63,150 nt of DNA, filler included, from Octopus bimaculoides (GCF_001194135.2; 5 parts of 4 records of this genome joined end to end with filler, not necessarily neighbours in it), one strand, 5' to 3'. Counted from the whole stretch's first letter, positions 1-13,392 are shown. Notes: generated by a model not told the origin, from the letters alone. Numbers and translations: made by a program.

Positions 1-25
1 CGATTTCACATAAAAAATCTTGCAA

Positions 26-80
<55 letters not shown>

Positions 81-225
81 TTATATATACACATATACAT
101 ACATACATACATACATATATATACACACACATACGTGGAAAACAACATCTATTTTTATTCCTAGAATTTTAAGATTTCCTCTTTGTTTCCAATACCCCTC
201 ATAGCGTTACCGTTATTTCGTTTAG

Positions 226-339
226 GTCAAAATAACATCAAGCAATTTCTGTATTGGTGATGTGAGTTCGCCATCAAATGACGTCAACGCAGCCCTTGAT
301 GACGTCAAAAACTGTGCAAAGCCACTTATGACTAAGTGA
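226..339 (+). CDS. Candidate terminal coding exon of an unidentified upstream gene (VKITSSNFCIGDVSSPSNDVNAALDDVKNCAKPLMTK*)
   Basis: Pyrimidine-rich acceptor cgttatttcgtttag| at 225, then 37 open codons in phase 0 to TGA. The other two frames close within 11 codons. No homology recognised. Confidence 0.3.
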   Translation, partial: VKITSSNFCIGDVSSPSNDVNAALDDVKNCAKPLMTK

Positions 340-2084
340 CACAAATGAGACTGGCTACTCTAGCGAAACATCAGCAAAGGTTATGGTATTAATGATGGTG
401 GTGGTGTCATTGGTGGTGTTGATATTGATGGTGGTTGTCGTATTGGGATTGGCGATGCTGGTCGTTGTAGTGCAGCTGAGGTGGCTTTGGTATCTGCTGA
501 GGGGAGTGTTGATTGTAGTGATGGTCGTGGCTAGGTATTAGCATTAATGTTGGTGGTAGTCGTATTTGGAGTTGATACATACATACATGCATACATGCAT
601 ACGAACAAACGTACGTACATACATACATACATNNNNNNNNNNNNNNNNNNNNNNNNNNNNNNNNNNNNNNNNNNNNNNNNNNNNNNNNNNNNNNNNNNNN
701 NNNNNNNNNNNNNNNNNNNNNNNNNNNNNNNNAAAGCCTCACCTATTATTTTGCATTGCAAAGCACTGCACATGTATGAGATATTTTTAAAACTATAGTA
801 ACACACAAAAGTAAAAGAAAATCACTGCATCTACCCGATGCATTCAATATAAGATTGCCGAATAATAACGATATCTAATTGTGGTGCAAGGTAAACAATT
901 TTCAAGGGAGGAAGTTAGTAGATACCATCAACTTCACTTCATAACAAATACTGAATTTTATCCTGAAGCACCATCAGAAAGAAATAATGTGGGGTTTACA
1001 AGAGATACGTTTTATACGGCGAGCAATGAAGCTAGAGCTGCTACAGAAGTTTGTAATAAACATGGTTGTAAATCAAGAATAAAGCTTTTAACTTAATTGT
1101 TTCTCTGAACAATAAACAGAGTTTACTGATTTAAATTGGAAGTGAGTAAGCCATTAAAGAATTAAAGTTTTTGTAAAAATTTATAGGCAGCTACATTCTG
1201 CAAATCATTAAGTGTTAGAGGATTTACAAATGAATAATATACATACATACATACATACATACATACATACATACATACANNNNNNNNNNNNNNNNNNNNN
1301 NNNNNNNNNNNNNNNNNNNNNNNNNNNNNNNNNNNNNNNNNNNNNNNNNNNNNNNNNNNNNNNNNNNNNNNNNNNNNNNNNNNNNNNNNNNNNNNNNNNN
1401 NNNNNNNNNNNNNNNNNNNNNNNNNNNNNNNNNNNNNNNNNNNNNNNNNNNNNNNNNNNNNNNNNNNNNNNNNNNNNNNNNNNNNNNNNNNNNNNNNNNN
1501 NNNNNNNNNNNNNNNNNNNNNNNNNNNNNNNNNNNNNNNNNNNNNNNNNNNNNNNNNNNNNNNNNNNNNNNNNNNNNNNNNNNNNNNNNNNNNNNNNNNN
1601 NNNNNNNNNNNNNNATATATATATATATATATATAACAATAAGAGAATGGAGGGGAATATGAGGTACTCATCAACTTGCAGACACGCACCCACTTATTGC
1701 ACTTGGTAAATCACTTGTGTAACAATAATTGGGTACCCTCCCTCCAGCAGTATATTGGATAGATATTATCCCTTAGTGGGTTGGATTCTCAACCCCCAAC
1801 TCTCTTGGATTATATATATATATATATGCATACACATACATACATGCATACATACATACATACATACATGCATACATACATACTATTGTGTATACGCACG
1901 TACACTGACACAAACGCATGATCCCCAAAAAAGAAAGAGAACGCAGTTCCGATAACGGACAGAGTCAACCTGAAAAGGTTGCATGACGCAACGAAAACTT
2001 TAGTAAAGATAAATAAATAAATGAGTGGAAATCAGACCGGTGAATGTGTTAAATTAATAAGGCACTAAAAGAAAATGACTCTCC

Positions 2085-2425
2085 CCAGACATTGTCATTG
2101 GACTGCAGCCATGCTCCTACACTGCCATAAAGCATTTTAGCCCAACAAATCGAGCCCAGTATTTATTTTTTAAAGTCTGGTTCTTATTGTATCGAGGTCT
2201 TTAACCTGAACTTCTAAGCTACGGGGACGTAAGTTAACTAAGAGCGGTTGTCAAGCAGAGTGGGGAGTAACAAACACACACATATACGACAGATTTCCAT
2301 ACAGTTTGCATTATCCAAATTCAACCACAGAGCTCTGGTCGACTCGAGACTATAGTAAGAGACATTTGCCCAAAGACATTCTTAGTCGAACTGAACTCGT
2401 AACCACAAGGTTACAAGGTTCTTAA
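2085..2425 (-). mobile_element. SINE family B (tRNA head + CORE-like + internal (TG)n + 3' body), near full length, diverged
   Basis: 3' body (gtcattggactgcagccatgct..ctaagctacggggacgt..ggttgtcaagc) joined through acacacac to the reversed head (actatagtaagagacatttgcccaa..ctgaactcg.aacca). Confidence 0.75.
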
Positions 2426-3317
2426 CCAAACAGTTTGTGTGCGCCTATAAAATTTCAATATAAAAGAAAATAACAGCTGAAGTTAGAAAACTAACGAATA
2501 ATCCTTTTTCATATTAAAAATAAGGGATCTGTACTGGAGAACAATGTTACAACCTACGTTCGAAACCAGAGAAGACATACATACGTTAATGGAGTTTTGT
2601 TATAGTGCATGGGAAGAAAAGTTACAACAACATTTGAGTAGATCGAGAGATTAATTGAGAAGTTGAGGAAGTTAAAGGTCAAGTGTTCTCTAAGATTTGT
2701 GTGAAAGTCGTTCAATTATGCTTTCAGATAAATAAAATGTATCATTTGCTGATGGTTTTATGTTAATTATTGGAAGAAGTTCAGCTGCATCGTGAAACCA
2801 ATATTTCTAGCAATGTAAATTTCTGTTCTTAGATTCTTTGCCATATCCTGCTTAAATGTTTAGCAATGATTCCGATTGCACTGCCCTAATTTGGAAATCG
2901 TAAACGATAAAAATGACCGCACTCAAACATTTCATACAAATTTTAACAGAAATGTTATCAAGATACAATGAAGAAATTATGCTGATTGGATTGTCGCTTT
3001 GGATAGGGACGATATTGTTATGTGACAAGTAATGTTTGGTTCAACCGATCAGAGTCCACTAACGAAACCTGGAATAAGAGTATCAAAAGAAGCTATCACC
3101 TGTTCTTTAACAGCTGAAAGCATGGTTGGGTTTTAATCGGTTTAATGTCGGCCGTGCATCTGCACACATGTATGCAATATTTTATCGAAGAAGACAAGAA
3201 ATTATCCATACATGCAACACTCTTCTTGCCACGGCACTTATGTGCCGATACAGCTTGAGACCAACTTGAACAAATACCGCAAACATATCACCCGAGCCCG
3301 CAAAAACATCGCCTTGG

Positions 3318-3455
3318 ATTGGCACTATTTTATCGACATCGAAAGGATGGAAAGCAAAGTTGATCTCGGTGATATTTGAACTTAAGGCGCAGAGAATCGA
3401 AACAAATGCGGCGAGATATTCTATCTAACGCTCTGATGAATCTGCTAAGCTGTCC
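3318..3455 (-). mobile_element. SINE family A, diverged partial copy
   Basis: Reverse complement of the ...ttcaaat..cgag.tc.actttgc.ttccatcctttcga.gtcgataaaatagt core. Confidence 0.7.
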
Positions 3456-5232
3456 TGCTTATCTGGAAACACAGCAGATATATCATTATTCATTGGAAGT
3501 GGCTAATGTCACCATTGTTCAATATAGTTATGGCGTAGCAGCAGTAGAAGCAACATGCCGAGGAAAATATCTATTGACATCACAGCTCACTTTAGTTTTG
3601 ACACAGCAATATTTTATGACGTCAAAAGGAAATATCTAATGACGTCACTGTACACTTTATGACACACGATCGTACTACCTCAGCAACTAGCCGTATTTTA
3701 GTTGTAGTGGATAACTATGTCGTCGAACCATGCTATGTTGCCGTATGATGTGCAAAGATTGTCTATAGAAGAGGTAAAATGGGAAAAGCTAAAAGAGTGC
3801 TGGCATCCCCTAAAAGAATATAAAACTTGATCCAGGACGGAACCAATGTGTAAAGGTACAACGTGTGAAGATTTTAACTGGGGTTAATGTGTAAAGGTAG
3901 ATAAAGCAAAATAAAGGATGTCTATTGGAAGTGAAACCCGAATTAAGACTCAGAGAAAACGGAAGTATACTGCAATAATCAATAGGAAGTCATAGACTGC
4001 AGTTACTGAATATGTATCGAATGTGGTTCATATTAGCAGAGCAGATATCCACATATATTATATGGAATAATTTAAAGAATCTCAAGAGGGAATCTACTGC
4101 TTGGCAGGCAAAGAAATTATGAAAGGTTATTCATGAAAATGGTAAAATAGATGCAGACATGTAAGAGTATTAAAGGCTTATGTACGGAAACAAAAGTCTG
4201 AGTAGAATGGTATTTGGTGAATGGGGAATAGAATACGATACATTATGTGAATGGATAAGTACTGTGTGTGTATGAGAGAGAAGAGGCAGAGGGAGAGTGT
4301 GAGAGAAAGAGAGGGAGAGAGGAGGAGAAAGAGGGATGGAGAGAGACGGAGAGAGAGAGAGAGGGAAAGAGGGGAGAGAGAGAGAAGGGGGAAGAGAGAA
4401 TGTTGCTCTGTTAAAATAGACGCAGAAGATAAAATACTTTGCGTGGTGGTAGTGATGAAATACAATGATGCAGAAATCAGAATGAAGTGTGAGAGAACAA
4501 TGAATGGCGCATAGAAGCAACAACGGCGGAATTTGAGAATAAATAACCCCCCAAAAAAGAAAAATGTTGAGAATTAAAGATTAAGTTGTATAGAGATAAA
4601 ACAAAATGATGTATGTAATATGTTAGATAAAAACCTGGAGGAGGGGGTTTAAGCTGCGATTTAGATGACAGAGAAAAAAACTTGTTTCACCATTAACAGG
4701 CAGTAGCAAATGGATGGAACGTAACAGAAGAAATAGGTAAATAAACAAAGATAGAAATATCTGATTTTTAAAAACTGTGTAGGCAAAATTGGAAAAGATA
4801 GTATATGATCTGTTGACTGGATATCATTGTTACCAAGAATGATTGTTAAAAACATGACAATAAAGAGCACATTAGTACAATGGTTCTCCACTCGACAAAC
4901 ACTAGTATCTCCACCCTAAGCAAAAAGTGGAACTTTCTGTCATACCCGCTCCGCTTTGTATAAGAACACAAAATAGAGTTTACATGTGTATAATTATTTT
5001 TTCTTCATAATGGTGTTGAACATGTTAAAAAAATTAAAGTTGCCCTAATATTATTAAAACAGCAATCCTCACGTTAAAGACATTGTCAGTAGCTTATATT
5101 AAACAGGAACTACTGATGTGAAGAAATTCGAAGAGTTGGGACGAAGTATTAACGTACGAGCTTTAAATTCTGCAGGTCAATGTTTAGGAAGAAAATTTTT
5201 GTTCCGGTTAATTGCATTCCAGACATAAAGAA

Positions 5233-5353
5233 TTAACTAGGGTGTTTAGAACTCGATGTAGATGATAAACAGCAGGGATGATTTACGAAATGAGAGGAAT
5301 GGGTACCAGGTGGATAAGACGGTGGTGGCCCACGAAAGGTACGACTCCAGAGG
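5233..5353 (-). CDS. Candidate terminal coding exon with a PPxY motif (xLWSRTFRGPPPSYPPGTHSSHFVNHPCCLSSTSSSKHPS*)
   Basis: Long polypyrimidine tract ending ctattcctcag| at 5354 on the minus strand, locally raised GC, and a 39-codon frame containing PPPSY. No family recognised; the other two frames are also briefly open. Confidence 0.35.
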
Positions 5354-6374
5354 CTGAGGAATAGTTGTAGAAGCAGTACAAGAGACGGATAGATAGAAAA
5401 TTGTAGCAGATGCAGATTGTAATGTTTCAACAATTGAAGATTTGATTATCACTCGGAACATTTACCATTCAATGCTGTTTAGAATACTATATTGCTGCTG
5501 TACTGTTACAGACATGCATTCCACGTGTGACGTGCCAAATATCATTAACTGATAATTGCTAGAGCGGTGTCTGACTCTAGACAATAAACTAGGCCTATTG
5601 GATATAGCTTTGACGGCAATATAGATATGCAGACACATTAAAAGATCATCTAAGATTATGAAGCCCAGTATTTGGAGAGAACGTAAAACTTTCAGCTGTT
5701 GTACTTTTAATGCAGTTGCTGTGTATACTTTATAATGAAAAGTAATAGTGTTTATGTACAACTGAATGATGTGAAGATATCATATCTCACTAGTCGGCTG
5801 TTTCCAAACTTACGGAGCAATACAATATCTGCAACTAAAGTTCAGTGTATATTAGAAATGCCATCAAATATATATTGCAAACTCAAAACAAGTCATTCTA
5901 GTGATGCATCATGGTAAATAATATGAACTGTATATTGCTACATATAAGTATACACAACCTACTTTAGGTAAAAAAATAGACGAAAATGTTGCTTACAAAT
6001 ACATTTTATATTTTTGTTGATATACTTATATCTCTCTCTCTCTCTCTCTCTCTGTCCAGATTTAAAAGTGGTAGTGCAACGTATAAGATGTTTGTAGTGG
6101 ATTAGGCTACTGGAGTGACGTTTGTACATTTTTTAAAACTATAAAGCTACATATGAGGCTCTATTTTGCCAGTAGCAGCACACGAAACACTTGAACCTGA
6201 AGTCACTGATATAACTTCACACAGAAACATAGTTCATATCCAGCGAAATGATATCTCAATTCTGCATAGTTATTTCATTACCTGCGCATTAATATATTTC
6301 TCAACCAGTCAACCAATCAACCAGCCAACCAACCAACCAGCCAGCCAGCCAACCAACCAACGAATCAAATCACA

Positions 6375-6423
<49 letters not shown>

Positions 6424-6555
6424 CATCTATCTATCTATCTATCTATTTGTTTGTCTGCTGTCAGTTTCTCTCTCTCTCTCTGTACATACATACATACACA
6501 CACACACATATATATTTATACGTACACACACGCGCGCACATATACATCAAGGACA

Positions 6556-6952
6556 TGCATTACAACCATAGCTGCGTGACATAGTGACATCATATCGAGA
6601 TAAATAGCAGACGGGGACCAGTTAGAATTGCCTTCAGGTCGAGTAGCCCATCCCGCTCAAAAGATCTCTGAATAAGGGTTGTATAAGGCTGATGAATGAA
6701 ACACCCATGTTTCCAGAGATGAATTATTCAAACCCCAAAGAATTCCTCTCAACACATAGGCATAATGCTCCTCCACTACTCCTGCTCGTGATTGGAGATG
6801 CATATATCGTCAGCCACTAAGGGACATGCTCTACTGGTTAAGGTCAAGCAAGTTACAAGCAAATCTGTGGTATTGAGAGGATATTTCCTGTAGTCCAAGA
6901 TAAGAAACCATGAGAGCCACTGCCTGGTACTGCGTCATCACCGTCGTCATCG

Positions 6953-7044
<92 letters not shown>

Positions 7045-7590
7045 GAGTGAGAGAGCGGTGCATGCCATCAAAGTGACACTGGGGTAAGATATACGAAGCC
7101 CTGCATACCCATCATGACTACCCATCTGATAAAGGTATACCGGGCACATGCATCACAACCATATGTGCGCGACATCATGATCTCATATCAAGATAAACAG
7201 CACATGACCTTGCAGGTGGGGCCCAGTTAGAATTTCCTTCAGGTCGAGTAGCCCATCCCACTAAAAGGTCCCTGAATAAGGGCTGTTTAAGGATGTTGAG
7301 CAAAACACCCATGTTTCCAAAGGTGAATTATTCAAACCCCAAAGAATTCTTCTCAACACATGGCTATGATGCTCCCCCACTACTTCTGCTCGTGATTAGA
7401 GATGCACATATTGTCAGCTACCAAGGGACATGCTCAACTGGTTAAGGTCAAACAACTGACAAGCAAATCTGTGGTATTAAGCAGAATATTTGCTGTAGCC
7501 CATCTTTTATACCAAGACAAAACGATGTACATAATAACACTTCCAATCAATTAAGATCAGAATCCATGAGAGCCACTGTCTGATCATCAT
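6556..7590 (-). mobile_element. Two tandem copies (6556-6930, 7045-7590) of repeat family D; third fragment at 47805-47960
   Basis: Shared ccttcaggtcgagtagcccatcc..ttattcaaaccccaaagaatt..gagatgca.at.t.gtcagc..acaagcaaatctgtggtatt. The (ATT)n at 7010-7043 looks like the 3' tail of the longer copy. Confidence 0.75.
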
Positions 7591-8247
7591 CATTGTAGTT
7601 GTTATTGACGTTGTTTTCCTTCTCCAGTCTCTTTTATATTGTGTCTTTGTATTTTAAACTTCCTTTTTCATTCCACCAAAATCTTTTGATTATGTCTCTT
7701 GTTAGCAAAACTTAAATTTATCTTCATCCATTTCTCTCAAGTAGCATTAATACAAACAAGACATGCACATTCACGTTGTCTGCCAAGATAAATTTAGACA
7801 CCACCAACTTGATATAGTTTGCGTGTTACGGAGGATATATCAACTGAGAGAAGTGAAGAACGCTAAAGATATGGAAACAATAATAGAAATAAAGGAAGAG
7901 GATATGCCATAAGCTGATGGATGTATTGGTTAGAAATTTAAGAACCGTAGAAAACTAAATCAATGGAAAACTGTCGGAATAATGAATAGTTCCCGATACG
8001 GGTGCTACAGTGGAGTAATCTTCATTCAAAGGTGTTTCCATATGTTGTTACTTTTGAGTTTCGTGTTTATGCTCTCGTCAAGAGCATCTTCGAATCTTTA
8101 GAGAAGCGACATTAGAATACACACACACACGCACATAAACACAGACACACACAGACACACATACACACACACACACAAACAAACAAACAAACACACACAC
8201 ATACACGCACACACACGCGCGCACACACACGCACACACGCGTCTATA

Positions 8248-8470
8248 TCTTTTATCTTTTACTTGTTTCAGTCATTAGACTGCGCCCATGTTGTAGCACT
8301 ACCTTGAACAATTTGTTTTAGTCGAATGAATCGACCCCATTACTTGTCGTTAAACCTGGTACTTATTCCATCGGTTTTTCGCCGAACCACTAGGTTACGG
8401 GGAAGTAAACACACCAACAATAGTTGTCGAGTGGTGGTGAGGGATGAACACAAAGACAAACACACACACA
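8248..8470 (-). mobile_element. SINE family B 3' body abutting a microsatellite
   Basis: ttttacttgtttcagtcattagactgcg..gtcgaatgaatcgacccc..ggtacttattc..gttacgggga.gtaaacacacc, then (CA/TACA)n. Confidence 0.8.
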
Positions 8471-8525
8471 CATGCACCCCCCACACACATATTTGTATAT
8501 ACGTACATATGCATACATGAACCTT

Positions 8526-8559
<34 letters not shown>

Positions 8560-8707
8560 CATATATATATGTATATGTAAATGTATATGTACATGTTCAT
8601 GCATATTCACAGGCATACACACATACATACATACATGCATACATACATACATACATACATACATGCATGCATACATACATGCATATATACATATACATAC
8701 ATACATA

Positions 8708-8745
<38 letters not shown>

Positions 8746-9319
8746 AGGTGGGAGAGAGAGGATAGAATTGAAACTTAGAATTGTCAAACGATATAAAGAG
8801 GGTGCTATTATAAGAGAGAAATGAAAAATACGTTTCTAGACAGACAGATATGAATGCTGAAGGGAATAAAAATAGGAAGAAAGCAAAACGATACATGAAA
8901 GAAATGCCTGTTTTACACTATAGAACATTTTACAAACCGGATGTTGAAATAATGAGTTTCCGGTTAACAAGTAATGATTGCTGGACATATTGCAAATATG
9001 GAAAGTCGAAAGAGATTCAATATAATTTCTTTTGATGTAGCGAAAGATAAAAGCAACCGATATGGGTGGGTAGGCGTTGTGTCATACGCTGTTGAGGTGA
9101 ACTAACAATTACTGTATTAGCTTAACACCATTTTAAATTGTCTACTACCACAACGGTAAACGTAGAGGAAATTTAGTAACGTGGTTGTTTGCCTAGACCA
9201 TTTTTACACTGCACAGAGTCATGTTGAAATGAATTATAAAAAATAGATACAAGAACAAAACTCTTTAACACAACATTCACAGAATCCATTCAAACCCAAC
9301 AATAGTCATCAAATGGGTT

Positions 9320-9406
9320 ATACTCCTCTTCATTTATTCTAATGGTAACACAAATACCATCAAATATATCACAATAAGATTATTTGTAGACGAATCCAAG
9401 CTTTAG
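9320..9406 (+). mobile_element. Degraded CR1/L2-like reverse transcriptase motif
   Basis: ILLFIYSNGNTNTIKYITIRLFVDESKL* resembles LLFxIYINDL...IRLFADDSKL. Confidence 0.4.
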
Positions 9407-9814
9407 GATGTTATCAACAAAGTAGGTAACTAAATAAAACTCTAATCTGTTCGTCATGCTGTATATAAAAAGTGAAACAGAACAATGGCTGCACAATAAG
9501 CAATTTGTGTGTACTTATGTTGGGTACACTTCCGCTTTAGGGAAAAAAGGGATTTACTTAAACCACCATATTTCCTTCACAAATAAGAAACTCTCATGGC
9601 GTCAGTTGTCAAAAGCTTACATGTAAATAAATATTAACGATAAATTTAACTGGAGAGATCACACTAACAATAAACAATGATATAATTCAAGAAATCCAGG
9701 AATCACCGTACTTCTATTCTCTAACTTTCCATGGTCTCAAAATAACAGAAATGAGGTACTTCAAAAGAAAATTACAAAATACATAAATAAAAAATAAAAT
9801 AATGTTTGTTGTCA

Positions 9815-10053
9815 CTTCAGCGTGGCTGTTCCATACGGAACTATGTTACAACATTTTAACCCCAGGAAAAACATCTTTTCCAGCTGGTTAACGGCACACA
9901 ACCTGTTTCTGATACATTGTAAGTAAGGGAGCGAACCACTCTCCTCCCCTAGCAATATATCAGACACAGGTTGTGTGTCGTTAACCAGTTGGAAAAGATG
10001 TTTTCCTGGGGTTAAAATGTAGTAACAGTTCGTATAGAACAGCTACACTGAAG
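9815..10053. repeat. Fold-back palindrome (MITE-like), arms about 100 bp
   Basis: cttcagcgtggctgtt..ttaaccccaggaaaaacatcttttcca..cacaacctgt is mirrored by acaggttgtg..tggaaaagatgttttcctggggttaa..aacagctacactgaag. Confidence 0.9.
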
Positions 10054-10681
10054 CGGAATCTAACATTACGTTTTAGTATCGTTACTACTTGTATCTCTTT
10101 TAGACATTTTGGAACTAGCTACTATGCTTGAATAAAATAACATAAAAACAGAAATAAAGTGATGACACATGTTTAAGGACATGAAATCTCTTTATTATTT
10201 AGATGGCGACCAAAATGCTCACATTCGATTCTCTCCAACATCACAGTCAACATATATACGATTTGTAAAAAGTGGAAAAATTATAAGATTGATGTTGCCT
10301 AACCCAAGGCTAGGACATAGTCACATTATCAAAAATAATCTTACAACACATAATCACATCGCGAAGCAAATTTTTACAGAAACAAATCGGAGAATGCAAA
10401 TAACCTTCAAAAACCCGGCTGTTTTCATCAATAATACCCCCCCCCCTACCCTAGTGAGCTATTGCGTGTGTGTGTGTGTTTGTATGTATATATCATTTAT
10501 TTACATCGTAGAAGAACCGTTTAAAACGTACACAAAGATGTTAAATTCATTTTAAATTCATCTGATGAGGTGTCAAAATTTTCGTCGTATTTCTGCGATC
10601 TTATTGCCAACGACTCAGATCTATTGAAACTGTTTGAAACCCGATAATGGGAAGCTCTTACACCTTCATTATTTTCTCTTG

Positions 10682-10781
10682 NNNNNNNNNNNNNNNNNNN
10701 NNNNNNNNNNNNNNNNNNNNNNNNNTTAATTAATTAANNNNNNNNNNNNNNNNNNNNNNNNNNNNNNNNNNNNNNNNNNNN
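10682..10781. other. Artificial scaffold join N44-TTAATTAATTAA-N44
   Basis: Exactly 100 bp; the palindromic 12-mer has stop codons in all six frames. Confidence 0.95.
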
Positions 10782-10822
10782 TATGTATATAAGAATGTGC
10801 CTATATTATATGTGTGTATATA

Positions 10823-10866
<44 letters not shown>

Positions 10867-10899
10867 CATATATATATATGTATTTATATATAATACACG

Positions 10900-10943
<44 letters not shown>

Positions 10944-11057
10944 TAATATAAAATCTGTTATACTTTTTTACTACTGTACGCTAAGATGATGCCAGTATTC
11001 CTGCATTCCAATTTGCCATAGATGTTTGAAAACTATAGTGTTAGATAATATCATTTT

Positions 11058-11256
11058 CTGCTCTAGGCCAGAAAATTTTGGAGAGAGGCGCCAGTCGATT
11101 AGATCGACCCCAGTACGCAAGTGGTACTTAATTTATCAAGCCCGAAAAGATAAAAGGAAATGTCGACCTCGGCGGAATTGAACTCAGATCGTAAAGATAG
11201 ACGAAATACCGATAAGTATTTTTCCCGGCGTGCTAACGTTTCTGCCAGCACGTCGC
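11058..11256 (-). mobile_element. SINE family A (tRNA-type head plus conserved central domain), full copy
   Basis: Minus: gctggcagaaacgttagcacgccggg..ctgagttcaattccgccgaggtcgac..tttcgggc.tgataaattaagtacc..ggggtcgatctaatcgact. Confidence 0.85.
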
Positions 11257-11326
11257 TTTATAGTGTATAATAATATCGTTGCCTTCCTATTTGCCCAGTG
11301 AAACAAATGACTCATAAATCTGACCC

Positions 11327-11387
<61 letters not shown>

Positions 11388-11533
11388 CCGTTCACACAAA
11401 GACACACAGCTGTTGAATATTTCCATCTTCGTTTGTCGGAATACACGCAATACGATGGGAAATTGTACACACATAAATACATATTAATATATACATATAG
11501 ATATATAAATATATGTATATATGTATGTATGCA

Positions 11534-11570
<37 letters not shown>

Positions 11571-13140
11571 GATTTATAAACGCCACTAATTGCTAGAAAT
11601 AAGAATTAAAACTCATTAGTTGCAATAAGAGGATAAGTTGATTCAACTCCACACTAATGGAATGCATTGTTAGCACATATATACAACTACATTTTCATAT
11701 GTACGGAATGCACACACACACACACGTCCGCGTGCGCATTTGTTGTTTAGAGCGAGAGATTACTTCATCACGCAACAGCAACCAACGGTCTATAAAGTAC
11801 AGGTGAAACGTTCTATGGTGTATTGCTCCCGTATAAAAGATGTTACAGGTTGCATCACGCACAGTGAGATGCTAAACCACAGCCAAAGAAAGGCTATTCA
11901 ACAAATTGGCAGGAAGAAATTCACAATTACATTCCAGCCCCTGGCCTATGGACATATTATCTGATCTCCGCCTTTTGTATCACTGATACACTGGTTTCTA
12001 ATATTGTGTAACGCTGAAGTAGTCGGTGATCCAAGCAGACGTTGCTTTTTGGTTTCTTACGTCAGTTACGCTATGTCCGCCCAACAGGCAGACGACTACA
12101 AATATTCTTTCTAACTCCAGAAAAAATTCATTTAGTAATTCCCTTCATACGCATGGATTTCCTGGAGGCATCGCTTTAGGAATTTTTTTAAAAGGGACTA
12201 TATCATGCACATTCACGCACATATATACACACAAACATATACGTATATATATATATATATATATTGTACACACGCATGTACACACGCACACGCATACATA
12301 TTTATATATAGTGAACTGCATGGTATATTTCTTAACCAGGATATAATTTTAGTCTCGGTTTGAAAATTAAATTGTTAGAAATTAAATTGAAAATTAAATT
12401 GTTCACACGGCTGCTTTATTTATAGAACTAGATTGGATCGTCCTGTTGCTAATCCTCTTAGAGATATCCATGGAAAGATTAAAAGCTTATATCCATTTAG
12501 AGTGTATAAAATACGATAAACTCGCCGCCAGTGCAAATATAAAATATACAAGGTAACCATTATGTCTGTTTCTAACAAAGAAGCTAATATAATGTTCATC
12601 ACAAAAGAAGCATTTTATATTTTAAGTCATCACTTGAAATATTTTTTACGTTTAATATTTCAAATTCTCCAAACAGCAATTTGTCCTGCACTTTGGTTTA
12701 ACTGCATAAACTAAATCCTCGGTGGTTAGTTAGCTACACAGATCGGACTGATCTATATAGCTGAATCCCAGTTTGTGCGGTCACAAATTTTGATATTTTA
12801 ACTTCTAATCATAATTTTTATTACACTATTTCCTTATATTGACTTACTTCCCCTATCGTTCATTATATACTGTTGTGTAGAGCATTTCTTAAACATGCGT
12901 ATATGCAAACACGCCCTCACATACTCATATATGTATGTATATATATATATATTTATATAAGGGCATTGCCCTTATATAAATAAATATATTTTGGGAATAA
13001 ATGATGGATTTTTTCCCTTATGGGATTTTTTTCACGCTACCTACTTGATAAATTCTTGTAAAAGAATTCATCCTATTATTGAATTTATATATANNNNNNN
13101 NNNNNNNNNNNNNNNNNNNNNNATTAGAAATTATCCATTC

Positions 13141-13392
13141 CTAAATCTCAGAGAAAGACTTACGCAGCAGTGATACGATAAAGTAGTTGTATGCTGTCAA
13201 CTTAACTTGACAGTTCCATGAAGGGAATCATACTACTGCTATTTAGCCCTAGGAAGCCGGACCGCTTCCTGTCGGCCTTCCTAGGGCTAAATAGCAGTAG
13301 TATGATTCCCTTCATGGGACTGTCACGTTAAGTTGACAGCATGCAACTATTTTATCGTATCACTACTGCTTAAGTCTCTCTGTGAGATTTAG
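13141..13392. repeat. Fold-back palindrome, 122-bp arms and 8-nt loop
   Basis: Left arm 13141-13262 versus the reverse complement of 13271-13392: 10 mismatches by hand count, no indels. Confidence 0.95.

Noticed and set aside
881-1096. 71-aa ORF MVQGKQFSREEV...
   Set aside because: Non-ATG start, weak acceptor, no recognisable motif. It could be the 3' UTR of the 226-339 candidate.
10169-10555. 128-aa ORF in AT-rich DNA
   Set aside because: No motif recognised and it ends in microsatellite. Only a BLASTP hit would rescue it.
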